Assembly: GCA_024398435.1 (NCBI GenBank)
Contig: JAKSJD010000006.1
Location: 28,276 to 92,275 of the forward strand
Direction: 5' to 3'
DNA: 64,000 nt
Source: Bacteroidaceae bacterium
GTDB lineage: Bacteria > Bacteroidota > Bacteroidia > Bacteroidales > Bacteroidaceae
The notes below the pieces were generated by a model. It saw only the letters and a list, made by a program, of their open reading frames with translations, did no database searches and was not told the origin of the DNA. Positions 56,833-64,000 of the stretch are shown here, one piece after another. Numbering within the stretch: the stretch's first letter is position 1; every line of letters begins with the position of its first letter. The translations under genes and the position numbers were made by a program.

Positions 56833-57996
56833 ATGGCAAATAAAGACTACTATGCAGTGCTTGGCGTCGACAAGAACGCCAGTGCCGAAGAAATAAAGAA
56901 AGCTTACAAGCAGATGGCAATCAAGTACCACCCAGACAGAAATCCGGGTGACAAGGCTGCCGAAGCTAAATTCAAGGAAGCAGCAGAAGCCTATGATGTT
57001 CTCCGCGATCCGGAAAAACGTCAACGCTACGACCAGTTCGGAGCCGACGGAGTAAACGGAATGGGAGGCTTCGGAGGTGGAGGCGGAATGAACATGGACG
57101 ATATTTTCTCTATGTTCGGCGACATCTTTGGCGATAGTGGTTTCGGTGGTTTCAGTGGATTTGGCGGTTTCGGAGGAAACACTCAAGGCAGAAAGCCAGT
57201 ACAGAAAGGAGCCGACCAACGCTTGAAAGTAGAACTCACTCTTCAGGAAATCGTCAATGGCACCACAAAGAAATTCCGTCTAAAGAAATACGTTCATTGC
57301 AACCATTGCCACGGAAGCGGTTCGGAAGACGGCAAAACATCAACTTGTCCAACATGTAACGGAACGGGAATGGTATTCCGTACCCAACGTTCTGTTTTCG
57401 GAATGATGCGTACACAAAGCGTTTGCCCTGATTGCCACGGAGAAGGACACATTATCAAGAACAAGTGTCACGTCTGCAATGGCGAAGGAATTGTGATGGG
57501 AGAAGAAATCGTTGAAGTAAACTTCCCAGCCGGACTTACCGACGGAATGGTGCTCAATGTTCAAGGCAAAGGCAGTGCAGGACGACACAATGGAGTGAAC
57601 GGAGACTTGCAAATCATCATAAAGGAAAAGCCAAGCGACACACTCGTCAGAGATGGAAATGATTTGGTATACAATCTCGTATTGTCAATTCCTACAGCAA
57701 TTCTCGGCGGAAGCGTCGAAGTTCCGACTGTAGACGGAAAGGCTAAAATCAATATTGTCCCAGGAACCCAACCAGGAACAGTTCTTCGCCTCAAAGGCAA
57801 AGGCATTCCAGAAGTTCAGGGATACAATAAGGGCCAACGCGGAGATGAGGTTATCAACATAAGCATTTATGTACCAGAAACACTTTCAAGAGAAGAGAAG
57901 GATGCGGTAGCCAAAATGGCCCAAAGCAGCAACTTCACTCCAACGGAAAGCATAAAGGAAAAGATATTCCGAAAATTCCGCTCATATTTCGACTAA
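56833..57996 (+). CDS. dnaJ: Molecular chaperone DnaJ
   Basis: 387 aa. J-domain DYYAVLGV...[11 protein letters not shown] region, four CxxCxGxG zinc motifs. Confidence 0.96.
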   Translation: MANKDYYAVLGVDKNASAEEIKKAYKQMAIKYHPDRNPGDKAAEAKFKEAAEAYDVLRDPEKRQRYDQFGADGVNGMGGFGGGGGMNMDDIFSMFGDIFGDSGFGGFSGFGGFGGNTQGRKPVQKGADQRLKVELTLQEIVNGTTKKFRLKKYVHCNHCHGSGSEDGKTSTCPTCNGTGMVFRTQRSVFGMMRTQSVCPDCHGEGHIIKNKCHVCNGEGIVMGEEIVEVNFPAGLTDGMVLNVQGKGSAGRHNGVNGDLQIIIKEKPSDTLVRDGNDLVYNLVLSIPTAILGGSVEVPTVDGKAKINIVPGTQPGTVLRLKGKGIPEVQGYNKGQRGDEVINISIYVPETLSREEKDAVAKMAQSSNFTPTESIKEKIFRKFRSYFD

Positions 57997-58030
57997 CAAA
58001 CTGACAACAATCTCACTACCAAGCAAAAGA

Positions 58031-59272
58031 ATGAAAGAATTCAGTCAGTATATAGAATATTTGTATTCTCAAGTTCCTCTATTCCAAAACGTAGGTCAAG
58101 GTGCCTACAAAGAGGGACTTGAGAACACGCATATATTAGACGACCACTTTGGTCATCCACACGAGCAATTCAAGACAATCCACATTGCCGGCACCAACGG
58201 AAAAGGCTCTTGTTCACACACAATTGCATCTGTTCTTCAAGAAGCCGGTTATAAAGTCGGACTCTACACATCTCCACATCTAATCAGTTTCAGAGAGAGA
58301 ATCAGAGTAAATGGCGAAATGATTCCAGAGCAATATGTGATGGACTTTATCGACAATGAGAAAAACTTTTTCGAACCCCTCTACCCTTCTTTCTTTGAAC
58401 TGACTACAGCTCTGGCTTTCAAGTACTTTGCTGAAATGAAAGTTGATGTTGCCGTTGTAGAAGTAGGACTTGGAGGACGACTTGACTGCACAAACATCAT
58501 CAATCCCGACTTAAGCATAATCACCAACATAAGTTTCGACCACATGAGTTTGTTGGGAAACACTCTGGGACAAATTGCTTCCGAGAAGGCAGGAATCATG
58601 AAAGAAGGAATTCCTGTAGTGATTGGCGAAACATGCGAAGAAACAAAAAACGTATTCCTCGACCATTCAAAAGAAGTAGGTTCCCCGATTTTCTTTGCAG
58701 AAGAATTCGAGCCACAAAGACAATACGAATTTGAATTGAAAGGCTTGTACCAAGAGAAGAATCTCAGAACAATATTGTGCGCCATTTCCCATCTTATAGA
58801 GCATAACTACAATATAAGCGAAGAGAACATCAAGAATGGTCTTCATAAAGTGTGTGAAAACACTGGATTGATGGGACGTTGGCAAACCATACAAACAAAT
58901 CCAACAGTCGTATGTGATACTGGACACAATGTCGGAGGAATTCAATATGTAGTAAAACAATTGGCACAACAGCACTACTCCACACTTCGAATAGTCATTG
59001 GAATGGTTAATGACAAGGACATCAACGGAGTTTTAGCAATGTTGCCAAAAGAAGCCACATACTATTTCTGTCAAGCAAGTGTAAAGCGCGCACGACCAGC
59101 CGACGAAATAACGCTTTTAGGCAAAGAGAATCATCTGGAAGGGAAATCATATCCGACAGTGGAAAAAGCCTACAATGCAGCATTGAAAGACGCAAGCGAA
59201 AACGACTTCATCTTCGTGGGCGGAAGCAGCTACATTGTTGCAGATTTGCTCACTTACCTGTCAAAATCATAA
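58031..59272 (+). CDS. folC: Bifunctional folylpolyglutamate synthase / dihydrofolate synthase
   Basis: 413 aa Mur-ligase family. IHIAGTNGKGS and ...VEVGLGGRLD... Confidence 0.88.
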   Translation: MKEFSQYIEYLYSQVPLFQNVGQGAYKEGLENTHILDDHFGHPHEQFKTIHIAGTNGKGSCSHTIASVLQEAGYKVGLYTSPHLISFRERIRVNGEMIPEQYVMDFIDNEKNFFEPLYPSFFELTTALAFKYFAEMKVDVAVVEVGLGGRLDCTNIINPDLSIITNISFDHMSLLGNTLGQIASEKAGIMKEGIPVVIGETCEETKNVFLDHSKEVGSPIFFAEEFEPQRQYEFELKGLYQEKNLRTILCAISHLIEHNYNISEENIKNGLHKVCENTGLMGRWQTIQTNPTVVCDTGHNVGGIQYVVKQLAQQHYSTLRIVIGMVNDKDINGVLAMLPKEATYYFCQASVKRARPADEITLLGKENHLEGKSYPTVEKAYNAALKDASENDFIFVGGSSYIVADLLTYLSKS

Positions 59273-59321
59273 AAATTATCAAAAACAATATAAATAATTT
59301 GCATATTAAAAAGATAATCTT

Positions 59322-59329
59322 TATATTTG
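59322..59329 (+). promoter_or_regulatory. -7 box TATATTTG upstream of galM
   Basis: TAnnTTTG match 42 nt upstream of the ATG at 59371. Confidence 0.45.
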
Positions 59330-59370
59330 CATACCAATAAAATAATTACCAACAATAAACCGAATAACAT

Positions 59371-60459
59371 ATGTGCGACAAATGTAACAACAGCCTTTCA
59401 GGCTTGAAACCTGAAGATTTCCAAAAGGAAGTGCAAGGCAAGCAAACTAATCTTTATTTCCTTCGCAACAAGAAAGGATTCGAAGTAGCAGTAACAAACT
59501 ATGGTGGTGCTCTCGTTGCAATCATGGTACCTGACCGCAATGGCAAAGTTGCCAACGTCATTCAGGGACATGACAACATTGACGATGTTGTGGTAACTCC
59601 AGAACCATACCTCAGCACACTCATTGGCCGTTATGGTAACAGAATATGCAAGGGTAAATTCACTCTCGATGGAAAGGAATACACTCTCGCAATCAACAAT
59701 GGAGAAAATGCACTTCATGGCGGTCCTACAGGATTCCATGCAAGAGTTTGGGATGCTGAGCAACTTGATGCACAATCATTGAAACTTCAATATACAGCAG
59801 AAGATATGGAAGAAGGTTTCCCTGGAAAGTTCACTGCAACAGTAGTTTACACATTTACTGATGACAACGAATTAGTAATTGACTATAAGGGAACAACTGA
59901 CAAGAAAACTATTGTCAACCTTACCAACCATGGATACTTTGCACTTGCAGGACTTGCCAACCCTACTCCAACAATAGATGACCTCATTTGCGAAATCAAT
60001 GCCGACCATTATATTCCAATCGATGAAACTTCCATTCCACTCGGACCAATCGCACCAGTAGAAGGAACTCCATTCGATTTCCGCAAACCAAAGCCAGTAG
60101 GACAAGACATTGATGCCGACGACATTCAGATTAAGAACGGTGCAGGCTACGACCATTGCTTTGTTCTCAACAAGAAAGAATTTGGAGAACTCAGCTTTGC
60201 AGCAAAGATAACAGAACCAAACTCTGGACGTACAATGGAAGTATGGACAACTGAACCAGGCGTTCAATGCTACACTAACAACTGGGGAGAAGGACATCGT
60301 GGAACACACGGAGCCACTTATCCTCGTAGAAGTGCAATCTGTTTCGAAGCTCAACACTTCCCAGACAGCCCTAACCGTCCATTCTACCCTTCTGTAGTCC
60401 TCAATCCAGGAGAAGAATACACACAGAAGACTATCTATAAATTCGGAACTACAAATTAA
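59371..60459 (+). CDS. galM: Aldose 1-epimerase (cytoplasmic form, no signal peptide)
   Basis: 362 aa. ...IGRYGNRI..., NNGENALHGG, TNHGYF, ...CFEAQHFPDSPN... Confidence 0.88.
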   Translation: MCDKCNNSLSGLKPEDFQKEVQGKQTNLYFLRNKKGFEVAVTNYGGALVAIMVPDRNGKVANVIQGHDNIDDVVVTPEPYLSTLIGRYGNRICKGKFTLDGKEYTLAINNGENALHGGPTGFHARVWDAEQLDAQSLKLQYTAEDMEEGFPGKFTATVVYTFTDDNELVIDYKGTTDKKTIVNLTNHGYFALAGLANPTPTIDDLICEINADHYIPIDETSIPLGPIAPVEGTPFDFRKPKPVGQDIDADDIQIKNGAGYDHCFVLNKKEFGELSFAAKITEPNSGRTMEVWTTEPGVQCYTNNWGEGHRGTHGATYPRRSAICFEAQHFPDSPNRPFYPSVVLNPGEEYTQKTIYKFGTTN

Positions 60460-60480
60460 TCAATAAAAACATCAACAAAT

Positions 60481-61644
60481 ATGAAACTAACAATTGATGA
60501 TGTAAGAAGTCGTTTTATCAAACACTTCGACGGAACAACAGGAACAATTTATGCTGCACCTGGACGTATTAACTTAATCGGTGAACACACTGACTACAAT
60601 GGAGGATTCGTATTTCCAGGTGCCGTTCAGCAAGGTATGATTGCAGAGATAAAGCCAAATGGAACTCGAACTATTCGCGCTTACTCTATCGACCTTAAAG
60701 ACTATTATGAATTCTCACTCGATGATGAGAAAGGTCCAAGAGCCACACATTTCCGCTACATTTTCGGTGTAGCACGTGAAATGATGAAACTGGGAGTTCC
60801 AGTAGAAGGATTCGACACTGCATTTGCAGGTGATGTCCCTCTCGGTTCTGGAATGTCTTCAAGTGCTGCTCTTGAAAGTTGCTATGCATATGCTCTCAAC
60901 GACTTATTCGGAGAAGGAAAAATCGACAGCATGACACTTGCAAAGGTTGGTCAGTCTACAGAACACAATTATATCGGTGTTAAGTGTGGCATTATGGACC
61001 AATTCGCTTCTGTTCATGGAAAGAAAGGCAACCTTATGCGTCTTGACTGCCGTTCAGGCGAATTCCAATATTTCCCTTGGAATCCAAGAGGTTACAAGTT
61101 AGTACTTATCAATTCATGCGTAAAACATGAACTCGTTGGAAGTCCATACAACGACAGACGCCAAAGTTGCGAAAACGTGGTAAATGCAATCAAAACATTC
61201 AAGCCAGAAGTTGAAACACTTCGCGACTGCACATGGGAAGATCTTGAAAAGGTTAAGGACGAAGTAGGCGAAGTAGATTATCGCAGAGCTAAATTCGTTC
61301 TTGGAGAAGTTGACAGAGTATTAGCTGTATGTGACGCTCTCGAAGTTGGCGACTACGAAACTGTAGGAGAAAAGATGTATGAGACTCACGACGGACTTAG
61401 CAAAGACTATGAAGTAAGTTGTGAAGAAATCGATTTCCTCACTGATGTTGCTCGTGATTGCGGAGTTACCGGTTCACGTATAATGGGTGGCGGATTTGGT
61501 GGATGTACAATCAATCTTGTAGCATCAGAACTCTACCCTACTTTCATCGAACAAGTTAAGCAACAATACTTGGCAAAATTCGGTAAGAACTGTAAGGTAA
61601 TCGATGTCGTGATTGGCGATGGTGCTCGTAAACTGTCAGAATAA
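60481..61644 (+). CDS. galK: Galactokinase
   Basis: 387 aa. APGRINLIGEHTDYNGG and the GHMP motif PLGSGMSSSAALE. Confidence 0.95.
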   Translation: MKLTIDDVRSRFIKHFDGTTGTIYAAPGRINLIGEHTDYNGGFVFPGAVQQGMIAEIKPNGTRTIRAYSIDLKDYYEFSLDDEKGPRATHFRYIFGVAREMMKLGVPVEGFDTAFAGDVPLGSGMSSSAALESCYAYALNDLFGEGKIDSMTLAKVGQSTEHNYIGVKCGIMDQFASVHGKKGNLMRLDCRSGEFQYFPWNPRGYKLVLINSCVKHELVGSPYNDRRQSCENVVNAIKTFKPEVETLRDCTWEDLEKVKDEVGEVDYRRAKFVLGEVDRVLAVCDALEVGDYETVGEKMYETHDGLSKDYEVSCEEIDFLTDVARDCGVTGSRIMGGGFGGCTINLVASELYPTFIEQVKQQYLAKFGKNCKVIDVVIGDGARKLSE

Positions 61645-61678
61645 TCATCATAGGACATTCTCAATTATGTATAAAGCC

Positions 61679-61713
61679 AAAGACCTCTTAATGATTTTCA
61701 TTGGGAGGTCTTT
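61679..61713 (+). terminator. Hairpin terminator after galK
   Basis: AAAGACCTC...GAGGTCTTT (9-bp stem). The T-run is short. Confidence 0.5.
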
Positions 61714-61846
61714 GCAATCAAAACACATTCATTATCAAAACTCTTAAATATCATAAAAAACATTAAAAAGTGGGTAAAAACACATAAAAGTGTATATGCT
61801 ACACCATTTTTTTATAAAAAAAATTGTAACAATCATAAATATTTAT

Positions 61847-61854
61847 TAAGTTTG
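61847..61854 (+). promoter_or_regulatory. -7 box TAAGTTTG upstream of the second mutarotase gene
   Basis: TAnnTTTG match 54 nt upstream of the ATG at 61908. Confidence 0.45.
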
Positions 61855-61907
61855 CAATCAAAAGAAACAAATCAATTCATTTATTAACAATAAAAATTAC
61901 CTAAATT

Positions 61908-63116
61908 ATGAAGAATTTAAAATCAATTCTCATCGGTTCAGCTGCAACAGTAGCAATTCTTTGTAGCTGCCAGCAAGCTCCAAAAGAAGCTGAAGCTTTA
62001 AAGTCAGGTCTCAACCCAGAAGACTTCAACGTAACTTATGCAGGTGCAGAGTATGACGACTCTCTTGGCTACACAGCAGCAGAGGGAGAAGGCAAGCAGG
62101 TTGCTCTCTACACTCTTAAGAACGCTAATGGCATGGAAGTTTCTATCACTAACTTTGGTGGACGTATCGTAAGCATCATGGTTCCTGATAAGGATGGTAA
62201 CTTCCAGGATGTAGTTCTTGGTTTCGATAAGGCAGAAGATTACTTCCCATTCAACAACACATCAGACTTCGGTGCAGCAATCGGCCGCTATGCTAACCGT
62301 ATCAACCAAGGTCAAATCACTGTTGATGACGAAACTATCCAACTTCCTCAGAACAACTTCGGTCACTGTCTCCACGGAGGTCCACTCGGATGGCAGTATC
62401 AGGTTTATGAAGTAGAAGAAGCAACAGAAACAGACCTTACCCTTTTGATGCACAGTCCTGACGGTGACGGCAATTTCCCAGGAAATGTTGAAGCTTCAGT
62501 TACATACAGCCTTACTGAAAACAACGAAATTGTTATCAGCTACTATGCTACAACAGACAAGAAGACAGTCATCAATATGACTAACCACTCATACTTCAAC
62601 CTCAATGGAGACCCTAACGAACCTATCACTAACCACTTGCTCACTATCAATGCCGACAACTTCACTCCAGTTGACGATACTTACATGACAACAGGTGAAA
62701 TTGCTCCTGTTGCTGGTACTCCAATGGATTTCCGCAAGGCTAAGGAAGTTGGTGCTGAAATTGACAACTTCGACTATGTTCAGTTGAAGAACGGTAATGG
62801 TTACGACCACAACTGGGTTCTCAATACTCAAAATGACATTACAATCCCTGCAGTTAAGGTAGAAAGCCCTAAGACTGGAATCGTTCTCGAAGTCTTCACT
62901 GACGAGCCAGGTATTCAGGTTTACTCAGGTAACTTCCTCGATGGAACTGTTACAGGTAAGAAGGGCATCGTTTACCAGCAGCGTACAGGTCTTTGCCTCG
63001 AAACTCAGAAGTATCCAGACTCTCCAAACAAGGATTGGGCTGAATCAAATGCATGGCTTAACCCAGGCGAAGAATATTCAAGCTATTGCTGTTTCAAGTT
63101 CTCTGTAGCTAAATAA
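61908..63116 (+). CDS. Aldose 1-epimerase paralogue with a lipoprotein signal (exported form)
   Basis: 402 aa. Lipobox-like ...VAILCSCQQ, then the epimerase blocks IGRYANRI, HCLHGG, TNHSYFNL, CLETQKYPDSPN. Confidence 0.85.
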   Translation: MKNLKSILIGSAATVAILCSCQQAPKEAEALKSGLNPEDFNVTYAGAEYDDSLGYTAAEGEGKQVALYTLKNANGMEVSITNFGGRIVSIMVPDKDGNFQDVVLGFDKAEDYFPFNNTSDFGAAIGRYANRINQGQITVDDETIQLPQNNFGHCLHGGPLGWQYQVYEVEEATETDLTLLMHSPDGDGNFPGNVEASVTYSLTENNEIVISYYATTDKKTVINMTNHSYFNLNGDPNEPITNHLLTINADNFTPVDDTYMTTGEIAPVAGTPMDFRKAKEVGAEIDNFDYVQLKNGNGYDHNWVLNTQNDITIPAVKVESPKTGIVLEVFTDEPGIQVYSGNFLDGTVTGKKGIVYQQRTGLCLETQKYPDSPNKDWAESNAWLNPGEEYSSYCCFKFSVAK

Positions 63117-63161
63117 GTAAATATTAATTAACTTAATAATAATCAATTCAAAAAAAGCAAA

Positions 63162-64000
63162 ATGAACATTTTAGATGCTTTAAAAAACAACGGTTTTGAA
63201 ACTATTGATTATATCGTAGTTCTCATTTACGTTGTACTTCTCGTGGGACTCGGATTGTTCCTCTCACGAGGCAAGAAAGGTCAGGAAAAGTCTTCAAACG
63301 ACTACTTCCTTGCAGGTAACACTTTGACTTGGTGGGCTGTAGGTGCATCACTTATCGCTGCCAACATTTCAGCAGAGCAGTTCATCGGTATGTCTGGTTC
63401 TGCTTATGTATCAGGTATTGCAATGGCAGCATACGAACTTGAAGCTGCACTTGCTCTTATCATCGTAGGTAAGTTCCTTCTTCCTTTGATGATTAAGAAG
63501 AACGTATTCACTATTCCTCAGTTCCTTTCAGAACGTTACAATTGGGGTGTAGGTCTTGCATTCTCAATCTTCTGGTTGTTCCTCTATGTATTTATCAACC
63601 TTACTTCAGTTGCATGGCTCGGAGCTCTTGCTATCAAGCAGATTCTTGGTTTGCCAACTGTTGACGGTGCCATCCTTGGTATGCCAGTTGATATGACATT
63701 GATGGTAATCATCCTTGCTTTGTTCGTAATCGCAGGTGTTTACTCTATCTATGGTGGTCTTGCTTCAGTTGCATGGACTGACGTTATGCAGGTTACATTC
63801 CTCGTTGGTGGTGGTCTTATTACAGCTTACTTCGCTCTCGACTTCATCGCTGGCGAATTGAATATCAGCGGTGGTGCTCTTGGCGCTCTCAGCAAGATTT
63901 ACAGTGAACTTGGCGAGATTGAAGCCGATAAGCACTTCAACCTCGTTGTAAGCCGCAACCCTGAAATTGCAGAAATCACAAAGGACCCTTACTTCGACAT
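63162..64000 (+). CDS. Sodium:solute symporter family transporter (SGLT-like, probably a sugar symporter); the 3' end lies outside the window
   Basis: The ATG at 63162 opens a frame that runs to the window edge: MNILDALKNNGFETIDYIVVLIYVVLLVGLGLFLSRGKK...DYFLAGNTLTWWAVGASLIAANISAEQFIGMSGSAY... This is the SSS-family signature region. Not in the ORF track because no stop lies in the window. Confidence 0.8.
   Translation, partial: MNILDALKNNGFETIDYIVVLIYVVLLVGLGLFLSRGKKGQEKSSNDYFLAGNTLTWWAVGASLIAANISAEQFIGMSGSAYVSGIAMAAYELEAALALIIVGKFLLPLMIKKNVFTIPQFLSERYNWGVGLAFSIFWLFLYVFINLTSVAWLGALAIKQILGLPTVDGAILGMPVDMTLMVIILALFVIAGVYSIYGGLASVAWTDVMQVTFLVGGGLITAYFALDFIAGELNISGGALGALSKIYSELGEIEADKHFNLVVSRNPEIAEITKDPYFD

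Overview
This window reads like a Prevotella/Segatella-type Bacteroidota chromosome. TAnnTTTG -7 promoter boxes sit in front of many genes, there are no Shine-Dalgarno sequences, some proteins carry T9SS C-terminal sorting tails, and GH43/GH31/GH97 genes are abundant. I can support about 47 protein-coding genes (two cut by the window edges), about 14 hairpin terminators, a handful of promoter boxes and ten tandem-repeat blocks. By eye I saw no rRNA, tRNA, CRISPR array, transposase or integrase.

Housekeeping genes: ppdK, galE, dapA, ligA, ispE, dnaB, purT, a relA-type RSH, rlmH, pepD, hisH-hisA-hisF-hisIE, ftsE-like, lysC, lysA, grpE, dnaJ, folC, and galM-galK-galM plus a sodium:solute symporter.

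Accessory content:
- A glycan-degrading cluster without SusC/SusD: four GH43-type enzymes, one GH31 and a five-module repeat protein. Two of these proteins have T9SS tails.
- A four-gene sensory operon: a 1317-aa two-module histidine kinase, a response regulator, a short AbgT-like membrane protein and an SGNH hydrolase.
- An HU-like gene followed by a Tyr/Asn-rich secreted protein.

Most worth a second look:
1. A dispersed, modular family of tandem arrays with a strict 21-22 bp period, usually four units, each unit carrying a small dyad. At least nine blocks lie in six intergenic regions, and one 27-nt stretch is identical between two loci 10.7 kb apart.
2. A GC-rich 3-kb two-gene cassette (small ORF plus a PrimPol/PriCT/P-loop protein) bracketed by a 28/29-nt inverted repeat built of AAATCAC heptamers. 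An AT-rich 92-bp tandem duplication lies just inside it.
3. The fused double sensor kinase.

All family names come from recognising motifs by eye. No database search or computation was run, so functional calls outside the obvious housekeeping genes are provisional.
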